A stretch of 64,000 bases of DNA, from the IMG/VR virus record IMGVR_UViG_3300032233_002382, positions 32,001 through 96,000 of that record; one strand, written 5' to 3'. This DNA is from a virus. Its lineage: Duplodnaviria > Caudoviricetes. Below the pieces are notes generated by a model that was not told where the DNA came from, searched no databases, and saw only the letters and a program-made list of their open reading frames with translations. Positions 44,218 to 52,445 of the stretch are shown piece after piece. The number at the start of each line of letters is the position of its first letter. Positions within the stretch are counted from its first letter, which is position 1. The position numbers were made by a program, and so were the translations under genes.

Positions 44218-44838
44218 ATGGCGAATCCGGTTCTTCTTGCGAAGTTTACAAATCCTGGTCCGGTTGCGAATGCGTTCATTAAGGAATGGAACGAGTATTT
44301 TAAGGGTTCTAAGTACGTCGGGCATGGTGCTAGTAAGACCGGTACCACCGCTTATGCGAAATTCTCCATTCCGGCTGTGAATAAGTTCAAGCTTTGTAAG
44401 GTTTCGATCCGAGTCCGCTATCATAGCAAACCGAGCGGAGTGTCTATCACTTCAGATGTGTGGGAGGCCTGGGCCAAACTCCGTGTCGAGAAGATCACGG
44501 ACGGGGCGAGAAGTCGGAACATGTTCTACGATTGGACACGCAATTACACGGGAGAGTCCTCTCTATCTAAGCTGTTCAATGAGACCGGTGCCAATGGACA
44601 CCAAGATCTATATGAAGCATTCTTTACGGCAGTCGGATTCATGCCGGAGTTAGATAAGGCTGCAAAGGATGTCGCCTCATCATCAACCGTCGAAGAGAAA
44701 AAGAAGATTCACGAAGTCAAGAGCGCGCTTTTTGACATTCGTGCACCTCTGCGTACTCTCCTCCGACACGGCATTGAAACTGAACAGTTGCATGAGATGA
44801 TCAATCACGAAATCGTGGATCTAATCACCGATGGATGA
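44218..44838 (+). CDS. hypothetical protein with tag-like end (VDLITDG)
   Basis: Motif copy plus GGAGG SD. Confidence 0.75.
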   Translation: MANPVLLAKFTNPGPVANAFIKEWNEYFKGSKYVGHGASKTGTTAYAKFSIPAVNKFKLCKVSIRVRYHSKPSGVSITSDVWEAWAKLRVEKITDGARSRNMFYDWTRNYTGESSLSKLFNETGANGHQDLYEAFFTAVGFMPELDKAAKDVASSSTVEEKKKIHEVKSALFDIRAPLRTLLRHGIETEQLHEMINHEIVDLITDG

Positions 44839-45184
44839 AGCCAAGATTAAGGAAGTCATCACCGAGTTCGAAGGTTACCCAAAAGAATATAAGGATCAGA
44901 TGCTACAGAGGTGGTGGGAAATTAGCCCATATCTGGACAATAAGTCCGACATGCTAGCCAAGACTTTATCTTGGATTGCGTACGCCTTTAACCATAAAGA
45001 AGAGTATTGGTGGTCTAGGGAAGCAATTTGGTTTCTGCACAAGAATGATCCTGAAGTATCCGTGTATGCTCTGGTTGATCAGTATGGGTATGATTGGAAG
45101 AACACAGTAATGCCGCAATTAAAGCCAGTGTTTGAAGTGATTGCTCACCCCAGCTTACTTGTCGGTGGAATTCACGGTTCCTGA
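44831..45184 (+). CDS. hypothetical protein with tag (VGGIHGS)
   Basis: Coupled ORF. Confidence 0.65.
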   Translation: MDEAKIKEVITEFEGYPKEYKDQMLQRWWEISPYLDNKSDMLAKTLSWIAYAFNHKEEYWWSREAIWFLHKNDPEVSVYALVDQYGYDWKNTVMPQLKPVFEVIAHPSLLVGGIHGS

Positions 45185-45260
45185 AGCAAATCCGGAAGTC
45201 GCGTGCTGCGCGCGTTCTCTGGGTGGGCGGGCGGTCCGCCCCCATTATGGGAGAGATTAG

Positions 45261-46064
45261 ATGGATCTCATGTCGATGATCGATGGCGTTCTGGCGAAGA
45301 ATGGTGTTCCGGTTGCGGTCGTTCCCGAGCCGGTCTTGGAGAAGAAGGAGGATGTCGTCGTGAACAATGCACACGTCTGCGATGAGATCGTGGCGGCACC
45401 GAAGATGGTGGAGATTCCGCCGGACCAGGTCTATATGTACAAGGGCATGCGCCACAAGCTGGTGTTCGAGGGAGTCTGCTCCCACTGCGCGCACTGTGGG
45501 CAGCCTTTGACCGACTCAGAGTCCGTTGAGCGCGGTCTCGGTCCGATCTGCTCGAAGAAGGGCTACCTCGAGGAGGTCGTTCCCGTCGACGACACCGAGG
45601 CTCTCCTAGCGCTGGCTGAGTATCCGCAGCTGGTCGAGTACCTCACGGCGAAGTACAAGCCGCAGGGGAATCGAGCTCTCTGCAACGGTCTCGTCAGGAC
45701 CGCTTCCTTGAACCGGAGGACCCCCGTCCACGCCGCTTGTACTGACGCGGTGGAGGCATTGGGCTACAAGCGGCTGGCTTCCGCCCTGCGCGAGTCCCTC
45801 TCCGTTGTGGAGATTTCGGACTCGAAGACGAAGCCCGACTGCTACGGCCTTTGGGTGAAGAAGTCCGACTTCTCGTGGCAGTTTTGGAACGAGTTGAAGG
45901 CTCTGAACGGGGTTTATATGACGCGGTACCCCGCACGCGAGACCGTCGTCCCGAAGGTGCATCGCCGGAAGCTGGCTGAACTCCTCTTGAAGTACTACGA
46001 GGGGCTTTGCGTGAAGACCCAGAACGGGGCTCACAAGATTTCCCCGGCATGGTTGGGGAAGTAG
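45261..46064 (+). CDS. DUF6011-like zinc-finger protein
   Basis: CAHCGQPLTDSESVERGLGPIC signature. Confidence 0.8.
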   Translation: MDLMSMIDGVLAKNGVPVAVVPEPVLEKKEDVVVNNAHVCDEIVAAPKMVEIPPDQVYMYKGMRHKLVFEGVCSHCAHCGQPLTDSESVERGLGPICSKKGYLEEVVPVDDTEALLALAEYPQLVEYLTAKYKPQGNRALCNGLVRTASLNRRTPVHAACTDAVEALGYKRLASALRESLSVVEISDSKTKPDCYGLWVKKSDFSWQFWNELKALNGVYMTRYPARETVVPKVHRRKLAELLLKYYEGLCVKTQNGAHKISPAWLGK

Positions 46065-46093
46065 TGGGGGCAGTTTGAGCAATCCCCGATACG

Positions 46094-46365
46094 GGTTCGG
46101 CGGAAGGGAGACTCCTCTTCCGCCGAACCTGGGGCTTAGGGATTAAATTCTCAAAGGCTTTCGGGTCGGGTGTAGATAACTCGGTGCCCTTGACCCTCAG
46201 TAAGATCGCCTTATGAGGATTGTGGGGAACGTTAAAGACTTTGTTGAGATATCTGTGAGCCAAGTCCAATAGTTTTGAACCGCTAGTGTGTTCTCCGGCG
46301 GCAAGCTCGGCAGGAAACTCATGAACCTTTCCGTTGAATTCGAATCGAATGAAGAATTTGCGCAT
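46094..46365 (-). CDS. hypothetical protein (5' part of track ORF 45694-46365)
   Basis: GGAG SD, plausible first ~75 aa; true end uncertain. Confidence 0.4.
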
Positions 46366-46407
46366 TGATCTCCCGTTCAGGTTCTACCGTAACAATACGG
46401 CTTAACA

Positions 46408-46950
46408 ATGGTTCCCATTTACATTCTAAGATCTCGAAAGAGGGTCAATATGGCAGAGGATGGGTACTGGGCAAAGCAATTCCGTGATGGGGCACCCGAG
46501 GCAGTTGCGAAGTCATGGTTGAGCTCTGGCAATCATCAGAATCGAGTCTTGCACCACATCGGTCAAATAGGGATCGATAGACTAGTAGAAAAGACCCAGG
46601 GATCTTGGAAGCGTGAAAATCTGGCTAAAGCAGTGATCGAAGACATGAAGTTGGTACCAGAGATCATCAGGGATATTCAAAGCAGTAGCAATTTTGTCAT
46701 GGGGCCTATTTTATCGGGCCTGTCGGTTAAAGATCAGATCAGCAAGAATGATATTCAAGCCAAGATGTGGCTTGACAAGAGCCCAGACCATGTGATTTTT
46801 TATGGTCCATATAGCGAGACGTTAGAGACATTTCTTATTTCTGAAGTCGGTAAGGTCATTTCGAATTCTGAATGGTTTAAAAAGAACATCAAGTCGATTC
46901 GAAGTGCAGCAGCCAAGATCAATGCAGTTAAGAAGGTAATGAACCAGTAA
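46408..46950 (+). CDS. hypothetical protein with tag (VKKVMNQ)
   Basis: ORF; start likely MAEDG. Confidence 0.7.
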   Translation: MVPIYILRSRKRVNMAEDGYWAKQFRDGAPEAVAKSWLSSGNHQNRVLHHIGQIGIDRLVEKTQGSWKRENLAKAVIEDMKLVPEIIRDIQSSSNFVMGPILSGLSVKDQISKNDIQAKMWLDKSPDHVIFYGPYSETLETFLISEVGKVISNSEWFKKNIKSIRSAAAKINAVKKVMNQ

Positions 46951-47018
46951 TCTATTGTATCCATTTTGGGACAGGTACCCCAAATTCATAAACCAAGTAC
47001 CTACCATGGAGAGTTAGT

Positions 47019-47369
47019 ATGTTTAATCGTGTTCCGGTCCAGAACGACATCATGAACAACACTGTAGGTGAGACGTCTGTCGAAGGACGAATTATTCCGG
47101 TCGGTCGTGGCGGTGAAGCAATCGTGTTCGAAATTCCGATGGGGTTCTTCAAGATTGTAGCAATCGCCAACATTCCTGAGGAAGGCGCTGAGAAGGCGCC
47201 AGTCTACCTCAAGCTCAAGGTAGGCGATTTTGCGTATCAGCGGGCTCAGAATGCACAGGCTCGTGCGAATAGCCGCCGTGCCGCTCGACAGGCTCAGTAC
47301 GCAAACAATGGACATGACTCGGACGTAGATGATGGTGATTATGAAGGTGATGATTCCCATCCCGCGTAA
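47019..47369 (+). CDS. hypothetical protein with acidic tail
   Basis: GGAG SD. Confidence 0.7.
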   Translation: MFNRVPVQNDIMNNTVGETSVEGRIIPVGRGGEAIVFEIPMGFFKIVAIANIPEEGAEKAPVYLKLKVGDFAYQRAQNAQARANSRRAARQAQYANNGHDSDVDDGDYEGDDSHPA

Positions 47370-47406
47370 AGCGGCGCGGAAGTCTCGCGGTCGGCGCGTC
47401 CGATAG

Positions 47407-48177
47407 GTGGGCACGGGGCGCGAGTCGCGGTGGCGCGGGGATGATCTGGTGCATTGTGCACTGGACCTCCCCCGCAGCGAGCTCCCTCCCCGAATGGAGG
47501 CCCAAATGCAGACGCAGAATGGTTCGGCGCTCGAGATCCTCAAGTCACTCGGTGTTTTCCAGATGGTCGCTCCCCCGCAGGTCCCTGCCGTTTCGGATCC
47601 CGCACTCTCCGGCGCGGTTCGTGAGAAGAATGTGGTCCGTCTCGGCGAGGATCCCTCGATCCAGACCAAGGCGGAGCATGCGGCTCAGCTGAAGGCGGCG
47701 CTCGAGAAGGCGCAGTCCGACTTCGAGGCCATCCAGGGTGAGATCAGGGAGTACGGCAAGGAGAAGCGGGACGCCTTCAACGACCACTTCCGGACCAACA
47801 TCACCACCGTTGCAATCCCATACGGTGATGAGAAGGCGGTGCAGGTCATTTGCGCCAACCGGTACTCGGTCAAGAAGGACATCATCCTGAACAACAAGGC
47901 GGCGTTGGGCTCGACGGTGAATGATCTTTTCACGATTGAGACCACGCGTTCGCTCAAGGCCAAGGGAGAGGACCTGCTTCGTCGGCTCCTCGTCGAGGTC
48001 GGTGTTCAGGCGAAGGACGTGGAGTTCGTCCTCAACGAGCTTACTGAGGTCGAGCACACGGTCAAGACGGTGGAGGATTACGAGCAGAAGGCCAAGCTTG
48101 TGACCGATACCGGAGTTCAGGAGATCTTGGCTCAGGCGGTCTCCCGCGCCTCCCCTGCTCTCAAGTTCGTCGGTTAG
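47407..48177 (+). CDS. hypothetical helical protein (start likely MQTQN)
   Basis: GC-rich codon usage; motif copy upstream. Confidence 0.7.
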   Translation: MGTGRESRWRGDDLVHCALDLPRSELPPRMEAQMQTQNGSALEILKSLGVFQMVAPPQVPAVSDPALSGAVREKNVVRLGEDPSIQTKAEHAAQLKAALEKAQSDFEAIQGEIREYGKEKRDAFNDHFRTNITTVAIPYGDEKAVQVICANRYSVKKDIILNNKAALGSTVNDLFTIETTRSLKAKGEDLLRRLLVEVGVQAKDVEFVLNELTEVEHTVKTVEDYEQKAKLVTDTGVQEILAQAVSRASPALKFVG

Positions 48178-48187
48178 TTCTTAATCC

Positions 48188-48228
48188 GATGTGGGGGGAG
48201 GGGTCTAAGCGACCCCTCCCCCCACATC
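48188..48228 (+). terminator. 18-bp hairpin
   Basis: gatgtggggggaggggtc / gacccctccccccacatc. Confidence 0.75.
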
Positions 48229-48244
48229 TTTCCTGGAGGTCCAT

Positions 48245-48850
48245 ATGGTCCCGAACGTTCTTGTCAGCTATGTTCCCCTATTCTATGGTCAGCCCGGAAC
48301 CATCCTTGAGAAGGATGGTGAAGTTGAAAAGACCCTTAAGGATGCCTTCGATCAGGAAGTTGGTCACTCCAAGGGAGCTGCCTGGTCTCTCGAGGAGGAT
48401 GGGTCTTCCGCCGTGACCCTGATTCTCGACAAGGCTACTGAGATTTCTAAACACTTGATGGCGTGGTCTGAGAATAAGCCGAGTGATTGGTTCACATTCC
48501 AGATCGTAAAGAATGACGGTGGTTACGCGATTGCCATCATGCCCGAAATGGAAAAGTCGATGGTGCGGTTCAAGTCGACCTACAAGGTGGCGGACGAGGA
48601 GGCGAAGTCGGTGCGAATCATCTTCCGACCGCTCACCTTCTCATCTGAGTCCGTATCAGCGCTCAATGGAGCGGAACCGAACATCAAGGACGAAATTCGG
48701 GTCTATGTGTTGGACGCCGATCTGGTGAACGAAAAGAAGTTCTCCCCGAATCATTTGAACCACCGGGTTGAATTAGGTAAGTTCAAGGTGGTTCGTGACG
48801 GTTTCGCCAAGCAGTACCTGGAAGAGATGATCGCGAGCGAAAAGAATTAG
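48245..48850 (+). CDS. hypothetical protein
   Basis: GGAGG SD. Confidence 0.75.
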   Translation: MVPNVLVSYVPLFYGQPGTILEKDGEVEKTLKDAFDQEVGHSKGAAWSLEEDGSSAVTLILDKATEISKHLMAWSENKPSDWFTFQIVKNDGGYAIAIMPEMEKSMVRFKSTYKVADEEAKSVRIIFRPLTFSSESVSALNGAEPNIKDEIRVYVLDADLVNEKKFSPNHLNHRVELGKFKVVRDGFAKQYLEEMIASEKN

Positions 48851-48868
48851 GAAACAAGAGAAATAAGT

Positions 48869-48910
48869 AAAGTTTGGGGACTTCTCCTTCGGGGGAAGTC
48901 CCCAAACTTT
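48869..48910. terminator. hairpin
   Basis: aaagtttggggacttc / gaagtccccaaacttt. Confidence 0.7.
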
Positions 48911-48921
48911 TATAAGCATAT

Positions 48922-49347
48922 ATGAGTATGGATTTATTTGAAAAAATTGCTAAAAGAATCGCTTCTAACTATAAGCGGCAGCGATTTACATGTAAGGGAA
49001 ATCGTTGGAAAGTGCCGGATCTGCTTAACTTCATCAAAGAGCAGGAGATAGAGCTCGTGATGTATCCGGTCGCTCCATTATATGAAAGAGTGTCAACCTC
49101 TCCTGAAGGATACTTCGACGAGCCCTTTGAGAGCCCCGAGTTTATCGAAAGAGCCATGAAGTCCGATTACAACACCTATCCGGTCGTACTCTTTGATCTT
49201 CCAGATAAAATCCGGATCGCTGACGGAAATCACCGGGTGTATAAGGCGTTCAAGGATGGGGCAGAATTCATCCCAGCATATGTATTATCTGAAGAGCAGG
49301 TATGGCAGGCCCCGCACGCTCCCGTAGAAGAATCTGCTTCAGATTAG
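48922..49347 (+). CDS. ParB/Srx-like N-terminal domain protein with short leader
   Basis: YPVVL......IADGNHRVYKAF..G...IPAYV; MDLFEKIAKRIAS leader. Confidence 0.75.
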   Translation: MSMDLFEKIAKRIASNYKRQRFTCKGNRWKVPDLLNFIKEQEIELVMYPVAPLYERVSTSPEGYFDEPFESPEFIERAMKSDYNTYPVVLFDLPDKIRIADGNHRVYKAFKDGAEFIPAYVLSEEQVWQAPHAPVEESASD

Positions 49348-49476
49348 GTAATTGTTTAAAAACCAATAATTATTTTGAAAATCACCCGAATGACTCAGGG
49401 CTGGGACATGTCTTGGGTTGTATTATGACTTAACGGAAATTTCCTGAAAACTTAGTTTCTTTTATGGGAGAATCAT

Positions 49477-50775
49477 ATGATCGAAAGATACGCGCAGCCT
49501 GAGATGACTGAAATCTTCTCGGACCGGACTAAGTTAGAGCTCATGATCTCGGTTGAGAAGGCTGCCGCCTCGGCGATGGCTTACAAGGGCCTAATCCCGG
49601 TTGATGCCGAGATTGCTATCAATAACTACAAGGTCGATTTCGACGATGCGCTCCAAAGAATTCCTGAGATCGAAAAAGAGACTCGGCACGACGTCCTGGC
49701 GGTTTTGAAGTACCTAGAGTCGAAGATCGGTCCTGAGGGAAGGTACCTTCACCGAGGGATGACGAGCTCTGATGTCCAGGATACCGTTCTAGCCATACAA
49801 CTCGTCCGGGCCGGGCGGATTATCTTGAAAGAGTCCAAGATTTTGAGGGATTTCCTTAAAGAAACTGCGATCAAGTACAAGAAGACTCCGTGCGTTGGAA
49901 GATCCCACGGAATGCACGCTGAGGTAACGACGTTTGGACTCAAGGTCCTCAGCTGGCATGGCTATGTTGCCAGGGCCCTCAAATTATTTGAAACGGCTCT
50001 GTCTGAAGTCGGTTATGGGAAGATATCGGGCGCCGTCGGAACTTATGCCCATCTGAGCCCTGAAGTCGAGGAATCAGCTTTATGGCGAATGGGTTTAAAG
50101 TGCCAATACCCTTCAACGCAAATTGTGCCGAGGGATCGGATAGCTAATTTGATGGCGGCGATGGCCTCGATGGGAAATGCGATTGAAGTAATTGCCCTGG
50201 AAATCCGCCATTTATCTCGAACGGAAGTTTCAGAGGTCGCAGAATCTTTTGCAAAGGGACAAATGGGCTCGAGTGCGATGCCCCACAAGAAGAATCCGAT
50301 TGTTTCGGAACAGATGTGTGGTTTAAATAGAATCCTTAAAGGATATCTAATACCGGCCTTTGAAGACGTTCCCCTCTGGCATGAAAGAGATATCTCCCAC
50401 TCCTCTGTAGAGAGATTGATTGTTCCAGACGCATTCCATATCTTGAAATACATGATCTCAAAGACAACTGGGATGGTTTTGAATTTAGTCGTGAATTCCG
50501 AAAGGATGGAGTCTAACCTAAGGATGACTCTTGGAAATATCTTTTCGGGATCGTTATTACTTAAAGTGTCCGATCGGGTCGGGCGGGACGAGGCCTACAC
50601 GTACGTTCAGCAGTTAGTGCATACCGAGTCGACCCATTCGCTTAATTTCCGAGTGAGGAAAGACGAGAAAATTATGGGGTGGCTGACCAAGGAGGAGATT
50701 GAAGAGGTGTTCAGTATATCTCACCATCTAAGACATGTCGATGAAATATTTGACCGAGCTCTGAGAGATGGCTAA
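49477..50775 (+). CDS. purB: adenylosuccinate lyase
   Basis: MIERY, TRHDV, H.GMTSSDV.DT, GRSHGMHAE.TTFG, GSSAMPHKKNP, HERDISHSSVER. Confidence 0.97.
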   Translation: MIERYAQPEMTEIFSDRTKLELMISVEKAAASAMAYKGLIPVDAEIAINNYKVDFDDALQRIPEIEKETRHDVLAVLKYLESKIGPEGRYLHRGMTSSDVQDTVLAIQLVRAGRIILKESKILRDFLKETAIKYKKTPCVGRSHGMHAEVTTFGLKVLSWHGYVARALKLFETALSEVGYGKISGAVGTYAHLSPEVEESALWRMGLKCQYPSTQIVPRDRIANLMAAMASMGNAIEVIALEIRHLSRTEVSEVAESFAKGQMGSSAMPHKKNPIVSEQMCGLNRILKGYLIPAFEDVPLWHERDISHSSVERLIVPDAFHILKYMISKTTGMVLNLVVNSERMESNLRMTLGNIFSGSLLLKVSDRVGRDEAYTYVQQLVHTESTHSLNFRVRKDEKIMGWLTKEEIEEVFSISHHLRHVDEIFDRALRDG

Positions 50776-51139
50776 ACCAAACATGCTTAAAATGAGTTGC
50801 ACGATTCAAGATGGGTGGGGTTATGTCGAATTTTCCAAGCGGGCCGCATATGAGACCCAAGAGCTCATAAGAGATTGTATCCACGAGCAATCTAAGTTCG
50901 GCTATGGGATGGCGACCGTTCACCGTCTTTCCCGTATGTATATGGAACTGGATAAATCCACGAACCTCGAAATGCTGTCGAGGGAAGACTTGGATTGTCT
51001 CAGGAAGTGCCTTCCGACTGTTGAAATTGAAAACCAAATGAACTGGTTCTATCGGGCGAATTTCTTTAAGCCAGATCAGGGGAAGTTCAAAGAGGCCAGT
51101 CAGATTTGCAAATCAATGTTCTCGATTCATGAGGAATAA
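50768..51139 (+). CDS. hypothetical protein with tag-like end (FSIHEE)
   Basis: Coupled ORF. Confidence 0.65.
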   Translation: MAKPNMLKMSCTIQDGWGYVEFSKRAAYETQELIRDCIHEQSKFGYGMATVHRLSRMYMELDKSTNLEMLSREDLDCLRKCLPTVEIENQMNWFYRANFFKPDQGKFKEASQICKSMFSIHEE

Positions 51140-51210
51140 CGAGACAGTCTCACTAAACGATTGTTCATTTTGAGACATTAATTCGTTCGAAAAACAAATC
51201 TCTGTCTAAG

Positions 51211-51270
51211 TATATGGCAGAGATTTTCACAGTATATGGCATATATTTCGTCAATGTGTGGCATATATTT
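51211..51270 (+). repeat. three direct repeats TGGCAnAnATTT at 22-bp period
   Basis: TGGCA at 51215, 51237, 51259. Confidence 0.8.
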
Positions 51271-51294
51271 TAACAACATAACGGATAAATCGCT

Positions 51295-51588
51295 GTGTTG
51301 AAGGAATTTAAACAGGCATTCCTACAAGCGTTCGTTGAAACCGTCGTTCGGGGTTATCCGGAGAAATCTAGATTCAAGAAGGTCAAATTGGAAGATAGAT
51401 CCTGGAGCGTTTGGATACTCGAGACCAAAGAGGGGATGCAGCTCCTCTCTGTCCAGGGCTATATCGACGATGCAATTCCGGAAGACGGCTCGTTTATTGG
51501 CGCGTTTGAATTGTGTGGCAATCTTACTGAAGTCGAAGCGGACCAGATGATGGATCGAATTGCTAAAGAGAGATCTGCAAGCCCCTAA
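51295..51588 (+). CDS. hypothetical protein
   Basis: ORF. Confidence 0.55.
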   Translation: MLKEFKQAFLQAFVETVVRGYPEKSRFKKVKLEDRSWSVWILETKEGMQLLSVQGYIDDAIPEDGSFIGAFELCGNLTEVEADQMMDRIAKERSASP

Positions 51589-51589
51589 A

Positions 51590-52445
51590 ATCCCGAAAAG
51601 AGAATATAATACCTATACGGGGCCGTTCAAACGTATATTTGATTTTTTACGGGTTTCGAGGTTTTTACGGGTTTCGAGGGTTTTGCAGGTTTTCTCCGTA
51701 TTTAGTTTCGAGGTTTATCCAGGTTCCCGAGTCATTTGCGAGGTTTTACGATTGATGGGGGGGGGTTGTGCAGGTTTACGAGGGAGTGATGGGTTACGGA
51801 GGGTTTATGGGATTCCAGATTGCTTTACAGGGTTCCGGATATTTATAAAATTTCGTGAATTTGATGTGATATAACCGGATTGAGTATTGTCCGGTATGAG
51901 AGCCCGGTTTACCTTGACTCCCGATCCCGTACAATTTCGTCTTATGCTAAACGAATTTCCTCCACGTTCCTCCCGTAAGCTTCCCGTTTTGGAGTTAGAA
52001 CCCCGTAACGTCTTCTTTAATCTATCTCGTTCCGAAGTCCTTTTAAGCGGTTTCGGAACCGTTTCGGTTTCTCGTACCGATTCAACCCCGTTTCGTCCTT
52101 CCTGTGTTGTCCGAAGGGTGTTCCTTGCCTTTCCTAGGGGGTCTCGATTCGACTTGATTATCGAGTTCGTCGGTAAGACTTCCCGCAAATTAATATAATT
52201 ATTATATCGGCTAAATGAGGCCCATATAGTGTGGCGCTTCCGACGTTTTCGGAATTCTAAGTGTCTAATTTATCGATGAGACCCTAATAAGCCGTGGAAA
52301 CGGATCCGATCGATTTTGACGAATTCGTGAACCGCCGTTCATACCTGAACGAAAGTTCATGATAAAATTGTTACCCGATATCTATATACCGTTCATTTAT
52401 CCGATCTTCCGAAGCCGTTTACACTTTTACTAAGATCTCATCGAT
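51590..52445. other. large non-coding region with repeats and strand-skew switch (candidate origin)
   Basis: 18-bp tandem repeat 51644-51679, G/T-rich then C/T-rich halves, AT tract 52187-52207. Confidence 0.5.

Larger units (their letters stand above)
209..47410 (+). promoter_or_regulatory. Repeated promoter-like element GGA(A/G)(G/A)T-N13-CGT-N7-GTGG, 15 plus-strand copies
   Basis: First box starts at 209, 2205, 3910, 4497, 5412, 6239, 35581 (N14 variant), 35645, 36398, 38717, 41456, 42287, 44153, 45194, 47378. Copies are intergenic or at gene starts and co-oriented with the downstream gene. Confidence 0.85.

Noticed and set aside
45694-46093. 3' half of the 223-aa minus ORF as real coding sequence
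   Set aside because: It runs through a hairpin and is antisense to the DUF6011 gene; low-complexity translation.
209-47410. Repeated motif as a CRISPR array or integron attC sites
   Set aside because: Copies are kb apart, share only short boxes, are not palindromic, and no cas or integrase gene is visible.
51211-51270. sigma54 promoter (TGGCA...)
   Set aside because: The -12 TTGC element is absent in all three copies; 22-bp phasing fits binding boxes better.
51560-52198. ORFs 51560-51874, 51805-52188, 51887-52198
   Set aside because: Products reflect the nucleotide repeats and skew, overlap in three frames and lack SD.
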